From positions 1 through 49,258 of the forward strand of contig CBEUCN010000003.1 in the NCBI GenBank assembly GCA_965541635.1: DNA of 49,258 bases. Direction: 5' to 3'. Shown one piece after another: positions 18,177 through 29,302 of the stretch; position 1 is the first letter of the stretch, and each line of letters opens with the position of its first letter. A program made the translations under genes and the position numbers. The notes beneath the pieces were generated by a model. The model was given only the letters and a program-made list of their open reading frames with translations. It was not told where the DNA came from and ran no database searches. The stretch is from an uncultured bacterium. GTDB taxonomy: Bacteria > Omnitrophota > Gorgyraeia > Kaelpiales > Kaelpiaceae.

Positions 18177-19010
18177 TTACCCTCCCTTTTTCTTCTTTTC
18201 GCGCCTTTTAACTATGAATTTATCTGAAGCCTTATTCTTTTTTCTGGTCTTATATCCTTTTGAAGGCCATCCCCAAGGAGAAACAGAGGGTCTTCCTCCC
18301 GAGGTATCTCCTCCCATGGGATGGTCGATTGGGTTCATGGCTACTCCTCGCACGTGTGGTCTGATACCCAACCACCTTGACCTCCCTGCCTTACCCAGAC
18401 TTATATTTATATGGTCAGCATTACCTACCTGACCTATGGTAGCATAACAGTCTAAATGAATAAGTCTTACCTCTCCTGATGGCAGTTTAACATGTGCATA
18501 TTTTCCCTCTTTAGCTAGTATTTGAGCCCAAGTCCCTGCTGCTCTCACTAATTGAGCTCCTTTTCCTTTGTAAAGTTCAAGATTATGAATAGGAATACCT
18601 GTAGGGATATTTCTTAAAGGTAATGCATTACCGACTTTAATTTCTGCATTTTCCCCAGCAGATATCACTTCTCCAACTTTCAATCCTTGGGGCCATAAAA
18701 TGTATCTTCTTTCTCCATCTTCATATTCTAAGAGAGCAATTCGGGCACTCCGATTGGGGTCATATTCTATACTGAGGACTGTAGCATTTATCCCTCGTTT
18801 ATCTCTTTTAAAATCTATAATTCGGTAATGTCTTTTATGTCCACCTCCACGTCTGCGGACAGTAATATGTCCTTTACTATTTCTACCCCCAGTTTTTTTC
18901 AGAGGCTCAAGGAGAGATTTTTCGGGTTCTTTTTTAGTAATTTCTTCAAAGGTAGAATAACTCTGAAACCTCTGTGCCGGTGTTAATGGTCTTCTTTTCT
19001 TTATCCCCAT
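18177..19010 (-). CDS. rplB: 50S ribosomal protein L2
   Basis: [16 protein letters not shown] and [11 protein letters not shown]. Confidence 0.99.
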   Translation of the reverse strand: MGIKKRRPLTPAQRFQSYSTFEEITKKEPEKSLLEPLKKTGGRNSKGHITVRRRGGGHKRHYRIIDFKRDKRGINATVLSIEYDPNRSARIALLEYEDGERRYILWPQGLKVGEVISAGENAEIKVGNALPLRNIPTGIPIHNLELYKGKGAQLVRAAGTWAQILAKEGKYAHVKLPSGEVRLIHLDCYATIGQVGNADHINISLGKAGRSRWLGIRPHVRGVAMNPIDHPMGGDTSGGRPSVSPWGWPSKGYKTRKKNKASDKFIVKRREKKKKGG

Positions 19011-19018
19011 AATTTACC

Positions 19019-19291
19019 TCACTCTATTTTGTATCCTTCTTTTAAAGTAACAATTGCTTTTTTACTACTCGAAGTTTTACCTGGTTGCCACCATCTCAAT
19101 CTTCTAGGTTTAGGAGTAATTTTGACAGTAGCAACTGATTTAACTTTAACATTATAAATCTTTTCAATTGCCTGCCGGATTTGTATTTTATTTGCCCTTT
19201 TGTCTACTTCAAAAATATATTTCCTATCGGGTTCCATTAGACTTCCCTTTTCGGTGATTACCCTTCTTTTTATGATCTCATAAGGATTCAT
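19019..19291 (-). CDS. rplW: 50S ribosomal protein L23
   Basis: ITEK, ANKIQI and KKAIVTL. Confidence 0.98.
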   Translation of the reverse strand: MNPYEIIKRRVITEKGSLMEPDRKYIFEVDKRANKIQIRQAIEKIYNVKVKSVATVKITPKPRRLRWWQPGKTSSSKKAIVTLKEGYKIE

Positions 19292-19911
19292 TTTTTCTTT
19301 ATTTTCTCCTGAATCTGTTTAAGCCCATCCTGAGTAATTACCAGTTTTTTACAGTTCAAAACATCATAAGCAGTTATCTCAGAGGCACGCTTTAAAAATA
19401 CATAAGGTATATTTCTACAAGAAAGGCGAGTGGTTTTTGATGGTTCTGCAGTTACAAATAAAGTCTTAGTATTTAATAAGTTTAAATTTTTTAAAATTTG
19501 CTGAAACTGTTTAGTTTTAGGGGTATCTACTTGTAAAGAATCTAAAAGAAGTAAAGCCTGATTAATATATTTAGCATTAAGTCCTGATTTTAAAGCCAGT
19601 TTTTTCATTTTGGCAGGTAATTTGATATAATAATCACGTGGTTTGGGGCCAAATACTACCCCGCCTCCTCTCCAGATTGGTGACCGGATACTTCCTGCTC
19701 TTGCTCTTCCAGTATGCTTTTGAGGCCAGGGTTTTCTTCCACTCCCTCTGACTTCTCCTCGGGTTTTGGTATTGGCTGTGCCTTTTCTTTGATTGGTAAG
19801 ATAGGCATTTATAACCTGATAGAGTAGTTTCTTATTGACCTTGCCATCAAAAACTTGGGGGTCAAGGTCTATTTCTCCTACTTTTTCTCCTTGAATATTA
19901 TAAACATCCAT
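19288..19911 (-). CDS. rplD: 50S ribosomal protein L4
   Basis: KPWPQKHTGRARAGS and GGGVVFGPKPR. The ATG at 19911 just after the rplC stop is preferred; 19938 is the alternative. Confidence 0.96.
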   Translation of the reverse strand: MDVYNIQGEKVGEIDLDPQVFDGKVNKKLLYQVINAYLTNQRKGTANTKTRGEVRGSGRKPWPQKHTGRARAGSIRSPIWRGGGVVFGPKPRDYYIKLPAKMKKLALKSGLNAKYINQALLLLDSLQVDTPKTKQFQQILKNLNLLNTKTLFVTAEPSKTTRLSCRNIPYVFLKRASEITAYDVLNCKKLVITQDGLKQIQEKIKKK

Positions 19912-19912
19912 T

Positions 19913-20704
19913 TTAAGATTTAATGTTTCCACTTTCATCTTCCTTAATATTTTGCTGTTTTTCTTGTTCCGATTTTTGTTCCTCCGCTTTTTCTACCTCT
20001 CCCATTTCTTTTACTTCCTCACTCTCTTTTATTTTTCCTTCAGACTCAGGAATGACTAATTCTGATTTTTTCTTTGTGGCGCTTCGGATTATAAGAATTG
20101 AATTTATAGCACCAGGCACACATCCCTTAACTACCAAAAGATTTTTTTCTACATCAATATCTACTATTTCCAGATTTTGAACAGTAACCTTTTCATTTCC
20201 ATCATGTCCAGGCATATGAAGACCTTTCCATACCCGGGAAGGATCAGAACTGGCACCAACCGAACCGATTGCTCTATGAGATTTACTACCATGAGAACGA
20301 GGACCAATGTGCCAGCCCCAGCGTTTTACCCCACCCTGAAACCCTCTGCCTTTTGAATTTCCGGTAACATCTACGTATTCTCCGACATTAAAAATATTTA
20401 CTTTTAATTCCTGACCTGGAGAATATTTTTCTAACACCTCAGGATTCTTTATTCTAATTTCTTTTATATACTTCAATGGGTTCATTTTTAATTTGGAAAA
20501 CATCCCCATAACAGGTTTTTTTACTTTCTTTTCTTTTGTCTCGCCATAGCCAATTTTAATTGCTGAATAACCATGAGTTTGAGGAGTTTTAACTTCAAGG
20601 ACATAACAGGGGCCAGCTTGAATAACTGTTACTGGAATAGCAGATCCATCTTTAAATATTTGAGTCATTCCAATTTTTTTGCCTATCAATCCTTTAATTA
20701 CCAT
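19913..20704 (-). CDS. rplC: 50S ribosomal protein L3 with an acidic C-terminal extension
   Basis: GKKIGMTQIF, SKGRGFQG, SHGS and VKGCVPG, followed by a ~55-aa E/K/Q-rich tail. Confidence 0.98.
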   Translation of the reverse strand: MVIKGLIGKKIGMTQIFKDGSAIPVTVIQAGPCYVLEVKTPQTHGYSAIKIGYGETKEKKVKKPVMGMFSKLKMNPLKYIKEIRIKNPEVLEKYSPGQELKVNIFNVGEYVDVTGNSKGRGFQGGVKRWGWHIGPRSHGSKSHRAIGSVGASSDPSRVWKGLHMPGHDGNEKVTVQNLEIVDIDVEKNLLVVKGCVPGAINSILIIRSATKKKSELVIPESEGKIKESEEVKEMGEVEKAEEQKSEQEKQQNIKEDESGNIKS

Positions 20705-20752
20705 TTTTCTTTTTCCAATTTCTATCTAATTAGCCAACTAACAAACCTTCCA

Positions 20753-21067
20753 TTATTTTATTTCCACATATACTCCTGCCGGTAGATTTAACTTTCTAAG
20801 AGCATCTATGGTTTTAGCGGTCGGTTCTAAAATTTCAATCAGACGTTTATGGGTACATAATTGAAATTGCTCTCGTGATTCTTTATCAATATGAGGTCCT
20901 CGGATTACAGTGAATATTTCTCTTTTGGTTGGCAATGGAATGGGGCCAGAAACCTTTGCCCCCGTCCGTCTGGCAGTATTTACTATTTCCTGTGCAGACT
21001 GGTCTATCAGTCTGTGGTCATAAGCTTTCAACTTTATTCTTATTTTTGTTAAGTTTGCTTCTACCAT
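20753..21067 (-). CDS. rpsJ: 30S ribosomal protein S10
   Basis: [17 protein letters not shown] and SREQF. Confidence 0.99.
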   Translation of the reverse strand: MVEANLTKIRIKLKAYDHRLIDQSAQEIVNTARRTGAKVSGPIPLPTKREIFTVIRGPHIDKESREQFQLCTHKRLIEILEPTAKTIDALRKLNLPAGVYVEIK

Positions 21068-21082
21068 TTTATTTCAACCAAT

Positions 21083-22282
21083 TTATTCTACTATTTCTGA
21101 AACCACACCTGCTCCTACTGTTCTACCACCTTCCCTTATAGCAAACCTTAATTCCTTCTCCAATGCTACTGGCTTTATCAACTCTACCTCTAATTCTACA
21201 TTGTCTCCTGGCATTACCATTTCTACTCCCTGGGGCAGTTTTATCACTCCAGTTACATCTGTAGTCCGGAAATAAAACTGAGGCCGATATCCATTGAAAA
21301 ATGGTGTATGCCGTCCTCCTTCTTCCTTCGTTAATACATATACTTGAGCCTTGAATTTTGTATGCGGTGTTATACTTCCTGGCTCAGCCACTACCATGCC
21401 TCGCTCTACATCCTCTTTCTCTATACCTCGCAATAATAATCCCACATTGTCTCCTGCTATGGCTTCATCTAAAATCTTTCTGAACATCTCTATACTCGTT
21501 ACCACTGTCTTTCTCGTTTCTCTTAATCCTACTAACTCTACCTCCGCTCCAGGAGTAATCCTCCCACGCTCCACTCTCCCTGTTACTACTGTGCCTCGCC
21601 CTGTTATTGAAAATACATCCTCTATTGCCATCAAAAATGGCTTGTCAATGTCTCTTTTGGGAGTGGGTATATACTCATCTACTGCCTTCATCAACTCTAT
21701 TACTGGCTTGCATTTCTCACAATCATCTTTGCCACACCCACATTCCATAGCCAGAAGCGCACTCCCTTTTACTACCGGTACCTCATCTCCTGGAAAATCA
21801 TACTTGGATAACAATTCCCTTACTTCAAGTTCTACTAGATCTATCAGTTCCTTATCATCTACTTGGTCAGTTTTGTTCAAAAATACCACTATCGCAGGAA
21901 CATTTACTTGACGCGCTAATAATATATGTTCTCTGGTCTGAGGCATAGGGCCATCTGCTGCACTCACTACCAGTATCGCTCCATCCATCTGCGCTGCTCC
22001 TGTTATCATGTTCTTTACATAATCAGCATGCCCCGGACAATCTATGTGAGCATAATGACGGTTCTCTGTCTGATACTCTACATGCGCTATGTTAATGGTT
22101 AACCCTCTCTCCTTTTCCTCCGGTGCATTGTCGATATCTTCATACTTCTTTTCTTCAGCCATTCCTCTCTTTGCCAGTACTTTGGTTATTGCTGATGTTA
22201 ATGTTGTCTTACCATGGTCAACATGTCCTATCGTTCCTACATTTACATGAGGTTTTGTCCTTTCAAATTTCTCCTTCGCCAT
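21083..22282 (-). CDS. tuf: Elongation factor Tu (str-operon copy)
   Basis: [21 protein letters not shown] and RFAIREGG. Confidence 0.99.
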   Translation of the reverse strand: MAKEKFERTKPHVNVGTIGHVDHGKTTLTSAITKVLAKRGMAEEKKYEDIDNAPEEKERGLTINIAHVEYQTENRHYAHIDCPGHADYVKNMITGAAQMDGAILVVSAADGPMPQTREHILLARQVNVPAIVVFLNKTDQVDDKELIDLVELEVRELLSKYDFPGDEVPVVKGSALLAMECGCGKDDCEKCKPVIELMKAVDEYIPTPKRDIDKPFLMAIEDVFSITGRGTVVTGRVERGRITPGAEVELVGLRETRKTVVTSIEMFRKILDEAIAGDNVGLLLRGIEKEDVERGMVVAEPGSITPHTKFKAQVYVLTKEEGGRHTPFFNGYRPQFYFRTTDVTGVIKLPQGVEMVMPGDNVELEVELIKPVALEKELRFAIREGGRTVGAGVVSEIVE

Positions 22283-22295
22283 CTTTCACCTCCCT
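21083..22295. repeat. ~1.2-kb direct repeat (tuf plus RBS); partner at 36213-37425
   Basis: Identical by eye apart from one synonymous change (21089 T versus 36219 C). Identity extends 13 nt upstream of the ATG. Confidence 0.93.
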
Positions 22296-22296
22296 T

Positions 22297-24369
22297 TTAT
22301 AATAAAAACTTCCCTACTATTTTTTCAGCTATATTTTGCGGCACCTGATCATAATGGGAGGGCTGCATTACAAATGTTGCCCTCCCTTGCGTTAGGGAGC
22401 GAATAATTGTAGCATAACCAAACAATTCTGACAAGGGGGCATAAGCCCTTATTAATTTTACATTTGCTCTCTCAGTTATACTTCTAATATTTGCTCTTCT
22501 GGAATTTAAATCTCCAAGTACATCTCCTAAATACTGTTCAGGTGTAAATATTTCTAAATCCATTATGGGTTCTAATAATACGGGATAAGCTTTTTTTAGA
22601 GCTTCTCGAAAAGCGAGACTTCCAGCCATTTTAAATGCCACATCAGAGGAATCAACTTCATGATAACTTCCACCAACTATTTCTACTTCCACATCTATTA
22701 CCTGATATCCTCCTAGAACTCCAGCTTCAGCAGAGGACTTAATTCCTTCTTTTATTGCCGGAATAAATTCTTTGGGTATAATTCCTCCTACTATCTTATT
22801 TTTTATTTTTATTCCTGAGCCTTTCTCTCCAGGTTTAATATTAATTACTACATGGCCATATTGGCCTCGACCACCAGTTTGTTGAATGAATTTTCCTTCA
22901 GCAGTAGCTGGTTGAGTAATTGTCTCTTTGTAAGCAACCTGAGGTTTACCAATATGGGTTTTGACGTTAAATTCACGATGGAGACGGTCAAGTATTATTT
23001 CCAGATGAAGTTCACCCATGCCAGAAATTATTGTCTGTCCAGTTTCCTGGTTATATCCTACTTTAAATGTGGGATCTTCTTCTGAAAGTTTTTGAAGAGC
23101 AGTTGTAAGTTTATCTTGATCATATTTAGTCTTAGGTTCGATTGCCAGTGATATTACCGGTTCCGGGAATTGCATACTTTCCAGAAGAATTGGGGATTCT
23201 TCGTCAGTAATAGTCTCACCAGTTACAGTATTTCTTAACCCCACCACAGCGACAATGTCTCCAGCATAAACTTCATCTCGTGGCTCTTTTTTATCAGCAT
23301 GCATCTGCAAGAGTCTGTTTACTCTTTCTTTGACTCCTTTATTTACATTGTAGACATAACTTCCACTTTTTATACTTCCAGAATAAATTCTTACATAATT
23401 AAGTTTGCCGACATAAGGGTCAGTGGTAACTTTAAAGCAGAGGCCAGAAAAAGGTTCTTCATCCAATGGCTTTCTTTGTTCTTCTTCTCCTGTTTTGGGG
23501 TTTATACCTTTTATAGGAGGTATATCTACTGGAGATGGTAAATAATCACAGATAGCATCTATTAAAGGTTGAACGCCCTTATTTTTAAGAGATGACCCAC
23601 ACAGAACCGGTACCAATTTATATTCTATAGTTGCTTTTCTAAGTGCTTGCTTTATACACTGCTTGTTTACCTCTTCCCCTCCAATATAGAAATGTAATAT
23701 TTGATCATCAAATTCTGCTAATTTTTCTATCATTTTTTCTCGATATTCACGAGCAGTAGATAAAAGGTCATGAGGAATTTCTTGATACTCATATTTAGTT
23801 CCTAACTCATCAAGATAGGCAATCATTTTCATTTCTAGAAGATCAACGATTCCCAGAAAGTTTGATTCACTTCCTACTGGAAGTTGAATAACCACAGGGT
23901 TGGTTCCCAGCCTTTCATGCATCTCCTTTACACATCCATAAAAATCAGCTCCCACTCTATCCATTTTATTTATATAAGCAATTCGAGGGACACGGTATTT
24001 ATCTGCCTGACGCCATACAGTTTCAGATTGAGCCTCTATTCCTTCTACTGCACAGAATATTACTACTGCACCATCAAGAACTTTTAAAGACCTTTCCACT
24101 TCAGCAGTGAAATCAACGTGTCCTGGGGTGTCAATTATATTTATTCTGATATCTTTCCAAAAACATGTGGTGCAAGCAGCAGTAATTGTTATTCCCCTTT
24201 CTTTTTCCTGCTGCATCCAGTCCATTACAGCAGTACCTTCATCTACTTCTCCCATTCGGTATACTCTACCGGTGTAAAACAGGATTCGTTCGGTAGTAGT
24301 AGTTTTACCAGCATCTATATGGGCTATTATTCCAATATTCCTAATTTTCTCTATTGCTATCTGCCTCAT
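22297..24369 (-). CDS. fusA: Elongation factor G
   Basis: [21 protein letters not shown] and GMGELHLE. Start moved to the ATG at 24369, because the longer ORF begins inside the heptamer repeat. Confidence 0.98.
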   Translation of the reverse strand: MRQIAIEKIRNIGIIAHIDAGKTTTTERILFYTGRVYRMGEVDEGTAVMDWMQQEKERGITITAACTTCFWKDIRINIIDTPGHVDFTAEVERSLKVLDGAVVIFCAVEGIEAQSETVWRQADKYRVPRIAYINKMDRVGADFYGCVKEMHERLGTNPVVIQLPVGSESNFLGIVDLLEMKMIAYLDELGTKYEYQEIPHDLLSTAREYREKMIEKLAEFDDQILHFYIGGEEVNKQCIKQALRKATIEYKLVPVLCGSSLKNKGVQPLIDAICDYLPSPVDIPPIKGINPKTGEEEQRKPLDEEPFSGLCFKVTTDPYVGKLNYVRIYSGSIKSGSYVYNVNKGVKERVNRLLQMHADKKEPRDEVYAGDIVAVVGLRNTVTGETITDEESPILLESMQFPEPVISLAIEPKTKYDQDKLTTALQKLSEEDPTFKVGYNQETGQTIISGMGELHLEIILDRLHREFNVKTHIGKPQVAYKETITQPATAEGKFIQQTGGRGQYGHVVINIKPGEKGSGIKIKNKIVGGIIPKEFIPAIKEGIKSSAEAGVLGGYQVIDVEVEIVGGSYHEVDSSDVAFKMAGSLAFREALKKAYPVLLEPIMDLEIFTPEQYLGDVLGDLNSRRANIRSITERANVKLIRAYAPLSELFGYATIIRSLTQGRATFVMQPSHYDQVPQNIAEKIVGKFLL

Positions 24370-24398
24370 ATTCCTTATGATTAATAAATAATCAGTTT

Positions 24399-24433
24399 TT
24401 CCATTAGCCATTTGCTATTAACCATTTGCTAAT
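24399..24433. repeat. Degenerate heptamer tandem repeat (5 units) in the rpsG-fusA spacer
   Basis: ttccatt agccatt tgctatt aaccatt tgctaat. Same family and orientation as 1261-1302. Confidence 0.75.
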
Positions 24434-24434
24434 T

Positions 24435-24914
24435 TCACCATCTATAATGTGCGAATGCTCTGTTGGCTTCAGCCATTTTATGAGTGTCAATCTTTTTCTT
24501 TACCGCTGCCCCTTCTCCTCGGTAGGCATCCAACAGTTCCTGAGCCAACCTTTCACACATTGGTTTTCCTTTTTTAGTTCGGGCGGAGTCTCTGATCCAG
24601 CGTAAAGCAAGAGACAGAGCTCTATCAGGAGGAACTTCTACTGGTACCTGGAAAGTAGCACCACCAACTCTGCGAGGTCTGACTTCCACTGCAGGTTTCA
24701 CATTGTCTATTGCCTTCTTTACTATTTCCAGAACTTCCTGAGGTGTCTGCTTATTCAATTTTTTCATTATGATCTCAAATGCATCATAGACTATTTTTTC
24801 AGCAATTGATTTTTTACCATCCCACATAATCATATTAATCATTTTCTGGACTAAATAACTGTTATATAAAGGATCAGGACTGATTTTTCTTTTTTCTGCT
24901 CTTCTTCTTCTCAT
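24435..24914 (-). CDS. rpsG: 30S ribosomal protein S7
   Basis: [14 protein letters not shown] and [13 protein letters not shown]. Confidence 0.99.
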   Translation of the reverse strand: MRRRRAEKRKISPDPLYNSYLVQKMINMIMWDGKKSIAEKIVYDAFEIIMKKLNKQTPQEVLEIVKKAIDNVKPAVEVRPRRVGGATFQVPVEVPPDRALSLALRWIRDSARTKKGKPMCERLAQELLDAYRGEGAAVKKKIDTHKMAEANRAFAHYRW

Positions 24915-24936
24915 CTTAATTCAACCTCCAAATATA

Positions 24937-25311
24937 TTATTTCTTGGGTTTCTTAGTACCATATTTAGAACGAGATTTCTTTCTGTTTTCAACGCCAGCA
25001 GCATCAAGAGTTCCTCTTACAATGTGGTAGCGCACACCAGGTAAGTCTTTTACTCTTCCTCCTCTTACTAGCACTATAGAGTGTTCCTGAAGATTGTGTC
25101 CTTCTCCTGGAATGTAGGCAGTAACCTCAATTCCAGTAGTAAGACGAACCCTGGCGACTTTTCTCAATGCCGAATTAGGCTTTTTGGGAGTCATAGTCCT
25201 TACCTGAACACATACTCCTCTTCTTTGGGGGCAACCTTTCAATGCTGGTGATTTACTCTTCTTTTTCTTTCGTTCTCTTCCTAGTCTTATCAACTGCTGA
25301 ATTGTGGGCAT
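24937..25311 (-). CDS. rpsL: 30S ribosomal protein S12
   Basis: [10 protein letters not shown] and [12 protein letters not shown]. Confidence 0.99.
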   Translation of the reverse strand: MPTIQQLIRLGRERKKKKSKSPALKGCPQRRGVCVQVRTMTPKKPNSALRKVARVRLTTGIEVTAYIPGEGHNLQEHSIVLVRGGRVKDLPGVRYHIVRGTLDAAGVENRKKSRSKYGTKKPKK

Positions 25312-25312
25312 A

Positions 25313-28300
25313 TTATCCCTCCTTCTCCTGTTTTTCTTCCCGAACTATTTCAATTTCACGATGGGCAGAAAAACCTGTTCCTGCAGGTATTAGATGTCCC
25401 ACGATGACATTTTCCTTAAGTCCTTTCAGTCTATCTATTTTTCCAGCACAGGCAGCCTCGGTTAATACCCGTGTGGTTTCTTGGAAACTTGCTGCTGAAA
25501 TCCAGCTTTCAGTAGTTAAAGATGCTTTACTTATTCCTTGAAGAATTAACGTACCAATTGCAGGCTTACCACCTTTTTTCATTACACGCTCATTCTCTTC
25601 CCGAAAGACAAACTTATCCACTTCTTCACCATATAAGAAATTAGTATCTCCCGGATCCTCGATTCTTACCTTCTTAAGCATCTGACGAATGATAATCTCT
25701 ATGTGTTTATCATTAATTTTTACACCTTGGAGGCGATAGACTTCTTGAATTTCATTTATGAGATATTCCTGAAGTTTTTTCTCTCCACACACATTTAATA
25801 TATCTTGTAAAACCAAGGGACCATCAGTTAATGGAGTTCCTGCCTCTACATAATCTCCACGATAAACATTAAGATGTTTTCCATGGGGAATAATATATTC
25901 TTTCACCATTCCGGTTTCACTTCTGACAATTATTTTTCTCTGGCCTTTCTTGAAAGGGCCAAATTCTACTATGCCATCTATCTCAGATATAATGGCGGGA
26001 TTCTTTGGCTTTCTGGCTTCAAACAATTCAGCCACTCGTGGAAGGCCACCAGTAATATCTCTAGTCTTTACAAGTTTACGAGCAGTTTTTGCTATCACAT
26101 CTCCAGCAGTAACCTTCTGACCATCTTTGACCAAAATAATTGCTCCTGGAGGTAAAGGATAGAAACCGAGAACCTCGGTTTCTTCATCATTAAGAATGAG
26201 TATCTGAGGATGATACTCTCCCTTATATTCAATAACCACAAGTCTGGTATGGCCACTCACCTCATCGTATTCTTCCTTTACAGTATGTTCCAGATCTATA
26301 TCTTCGTATCTTACCTTTCCACTTACTTCAGTTAAAATTGGCGAAGTATAAGGATCCCATTCTGCAAATATTTCACCTTTCTTTATATAATCTCCATCTT
26401 TAAATTTAATAAAAGCACCCTGAGGCAAAGCAAATCTTTCTAGTTCTCTTCCTGTTTCATCGTTAATACTTATCTGTCCATTTCTATTTAAAATCACATA
26501 TCCTTTTTCTTTTTCAGCAGTTCTTAGATTATGATACTTTATGTAGCCATCGTATCTTGCTTGGACATATGACTGTTCAATTATTCGGGTTGCGGTACCA
26601 CCAATGTGGAATGTTCTCATTGTAAGCTGTGTTCCAGGCTCACCAATTGACTGGGCGGCAATTATACCCACAGCCTCTCCCAGTTCCACCAATTTACCCG
26701 TGGCAAGGTTTCTTCCATAGCATTTTCGGCATACTCCATCTTTTGTTTCACAGGTAAGGACACTACGGATTTTTATCTTCTCAATACCCAGTTCTTCTAT
26801 TTTTCTGGCTTTGTCTTCGTCTATCTCCTCACCTGCTTTTACTATCAATTCATCAGTGACAATATCCACAATATTATCGCAGGCAATACGGCCTATAATT
26901 CTTTCTCTTAAAGGTACTACTACTTCGTCTCCTTCAATTATTGCTGATACAAATATGCCGTTAACAGTTCCACAGTCCTCTTCTGTAACCATCACATCCT
27001 GAGCAACATCCACTAACCTTCTGGTCAGGTATCCAGCATCAGCAGTCTTTAATGCAGTATCAGCAAGGCCCTTTCTGGCGCCATGAGTAGAGATGAAGTA
27101 TTCCAGCACTGTAAGTCCTTCACGAAAACTGGATGTGATGGGATGTTCAATAATTTCTCCCGATGGTTTAGCCATAAGTCCTCTTATTCCACATAACTGT
27201 CTTATCTGTTGACGAGAGCCTCGAGCTCCAGAGTCAGCCATCATAAATGTAGGATTAAATTTATCCATCTCTTCAAAAGTTTCATCTTCAATAGCATCGG
27301 TAGCGTGGGTCCAGATATCTATCACCTTATTATATCTTTCTCCGTCAGTTATAAATCCTTTCTTATATTCATTATCTACTCGTTGAACTTCCTGACGGGC
27401 TTTTACAAGTATTTCCTGTTTTTTAGACGGAATTTTTAAGTCTTCCATACCCATAGATATTCCAGAAATGGTTGCATATTCAAATCCCAGATCTTTCATT
27501 CTATCCAGGAGTTTTACAGTTTCATCGTGTCCAAATAAACGATAGACTTCCTTTATAACCTCAGAGATTTTACCTTTGTCCATAATTGCATTTACAAACG
27601 GAAATCCTTTGGGAAGAATACTGTTAAAAATACATCTCCCCACTGTAGTGTCTATAATTTTATTATCTACTCTTAATTTTATTTTGGCATGAAGGGCTAC
27701 TTCTTGATCAGCATAAGCATAAAGAACCTCATCAATATCTGCGAATATTTTACCTTCCCCCAGTTGGTCATCTTTCTCTTTGGTAATGTAGTAAATTCCC
27801 AGAACTATATCCTGAGTAGGAGATACCAATGGACCACCATGAGCAGGAGAAAAAATATTGTTTGATGATAACATCAGTAGCCGTGCTTCCATCTGGGCTT
27901 CTACTGACAGTGGGACATGAACTGCCATCTGGTCACCATCAAAGTCAGCATTAAATGGAGGGCATACTAGGGGATGAATTTGGATTGCTTTACCTTCGAT
28001 TAACTTGGGTTGAAACGCCTGAATGCTTAAACGATGAAGGGTAGGAGCACGGTTTAACAATACGGGATGGTCTCTGATGACATCTTCCAGAATATCCCAG
28101 ACTTCTTCTGTTGCTTTCTCTACAAGTTTACGAGCACTTTTTATTGTATGAACATGTCCCCTTTCTCTAAGTTTTCTCAGTATAAATGGTTCAAATAATT
28201 CCAGAGCCATTATTTTGGGTAATCCACATTCATAAAGTTTAAGTTCTGATCCTACCACTATTACACTTCTTCCAGAATAATCAACTCTTTTACCTAAAAG

Positions 28301-29302
28301 ATTCTGACGGAATCTACCCTGCTTCCCTTTAAGCATATCTGCTAATGACTTTAAGGGTCTGTTACCATGTCCCAAAACCGGTCGTCCATGTCTTCCATTT
28401 TCAAATAAGGCATCGACCGCTTCCTGAAGCATTCTTTTTTCATTTCTAAGAATTATTTCCGGTGCCTTTAGTTCAATGAGCTTCTTTAATCTATTATTTC
28501 TGTTTATAACTCTGCGATAAAGATCATTGAGGTCACTGGTAGCAAATCTTCCTCCCTCCAGAGGCACAAGAGGACGAAGGTCGGGTGGTATTACGGGTAA
28601 CACATCAAGAATCATCCATTCGGGCTTATTCCCAGAACGTCGAAATTCTTCCACGATATTCAACCGCTTGATCATTTTTTTAGGGATTCGTTCTATGGGC
28701 ATTTCCTTAATATTATTTTTAAGTTCGTTTGCAATCTTGTTTAAATCTAGCTCCTTAAGTAAGTCTCTTATTGCTTCTGCTCCCATTTTAGCTTTAAATT
28801 TATTTCCATATTTAGCCCGCATCTCTTGGTATTTTGCCTCTGTAAGTAATTCCTTTTTCTTTAAAGGAGTCTCACCAGGATCAATTACTATAAACTCTTC
28901 GTAATATATCACTCTTTCCAATTCTCTAATTGTAAGGTTAAGGAGTGTTCCTATTCTGGAAGGTAAAACTTTCCAGAACCAGACATGAACTACAGGAGCA
29001 GCAAGTTCGATATGTCCCATGCGTTCTCTTCTAACCCGGGAATGGGTAACTTCTACCCCACAGCGGTCACAGATAATTCCTTTGTACTTTATTCTTTTAT
29101 ATTTTCCACAGTAACATTCATAGTCTCTACTGGGACCAAATATTCTTTCACAGAATAGACCATCCTTTTCAGGTTTAAATGTGCGGTAGTTTATAGTCTC
29201 AGGTTTTTTTACCTCTCCCCGAGACCAGCTTTTTATAACTTCTGGAGAGGCAATCCTAATACTTATCTGATCAAAATTGTCGCTAATACTACTTTTATAC
29301 AT
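25313..29302 (-). CDS. rpoC: RNA polymerase beta' subunit
   Basis: N-terminal zinc finger, NADFDGDQM active site, [13 protein letters not shown] and SAASFQET. Confidence 0.99.
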   Translation of the reverse strand: MYKSSISDNFDQISIRIASPEVIKSWSRGEVKKPETINYRTFKPEKDGLFCERIFGPSRDYECYCGKYKRIKYKGIICDRCGVEVTHSRVRRERMGHIELAAPVVHVWFWKVLPSRIGTLLNLTIRELERVIYYEEFIVIDPGETPLKKKELLTEAKYQEMRAKYGNKFKAKMGAEAIRDLLKELDLNKIANELKNNIKEMPIERIPKKMIKRLNIVEEFRRSGNKPEWMILDVLPVIPPDLRPLVPLEGGRFATSDLNDLYRRVINRNNRLKKLIELKAPEIILRNEKRMLQEAVDALFENGRHGRPVLGHGNRPLKSLADMLKGKQGRFRQNLLGKRVDYSGRSVIVVGSELKLYECGLPKIMALELFEPFILRKLRERGHVHTIKSARKLVEKATEEVWDILEDVIRDHPVLLNRAPTLHRLSIQAFQPKLIEGKAIQIHPLVCPPFNADFDGDQMAVHVPLSVEAQMEARLLMLSSNNIFSPAHGGPLVSPTQDIVLGIYYITKEKDDQLGEGKIFADIDEVLYAYADQEVALHAKIKLRVDNKIIDTTVGRCIFNSILPKGFPFVNAIMDKGKISEVIKEVYRLFGHDETVKLLDRMKDLGFEYATISGISMGMEDLKIPSKKQEILVKARQEVQRVDNEYKKGFITDGERYNKVIDIWTHATDAIEDETFEEMDKFNPTFMMADSGARGSRQQIRQLCGIRGLMAKPSGEIIEHPITSSFREGLTVLEYFISTHGARKGLADTALKTADAGYLTRRLVDVAQDVMVTEEDCGTVNGIFVSAIIEGDEVVVPLRERIIGRIACDNIVDIVTDELIVKAGEEIDEDKARKIEELGIEKIKIRSVLTCETKDGVCRKCYGRNLATGKLVELGEAVGIIAAQSIGEPGTQLTMRTFHIGGTATRIIEQSYVQARYDGYIKYHNLRTAEKEKGYVILNRNGQISINDETGRELERFALPQGAFIKFKDGDYIKKGEIFAEWDPYTSPILTEVSGKVRYEDIDLEHTVKEEYDEVSGHTRLVVIEYKGEYHPQILILNDEETEVLGFYPLPPGAIILVKDGQKVTAGDVIAKTARKLVKTRDITGGLPRVAELFEARKPKNPAIISEIDGIVEFGPFKKGQRKIIVRSETGMVKEYIIPHGKHLNVYRGDYVEAGTPLTDGPLVLQDILNVCGEKKLQEYLINEIQEVYRLQGVKINDKHIEIIIRQMLKKVRIEDPGDTNFLYGEEVDKFVFREENERVMKKGGKPAIGTLILQGISKASLTTESWISAASFQETTRVLTEAACAGKIDRLKGLKENVIVGHLIPAGTGFSAHREIEIVREEKQEKEG

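Noticed and set aside
20705-20752. Weakly periodic rpsJ-rplC spacer (ctaattagccaactaacaaacc)
   Set aside because: Too degenerate to define a repeat unit or hairpin with confidence.
22297-24369. Specialised or inactive EF-G paralogue
   Set aside because: The GTPase motifs and the domain [11 protein letters not shown] loop are intact. The divergence seen is too mild to call without a phylogeny.
24370-24411. N-terminal extensions implied by the ORF track for fusA (also rpsE, rplO, rpmC, rplD, rplA, rplL)
   Set aside because: These are longest-ORF artefacts. Downstream starts fit the SD position or gene packing and the family N-termini better.
24937-25311. Streptomycin-resistance alleles in rpsL
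   Set aside because: Both key lysines (PKKPNS and RVKDLP) are wild-type.
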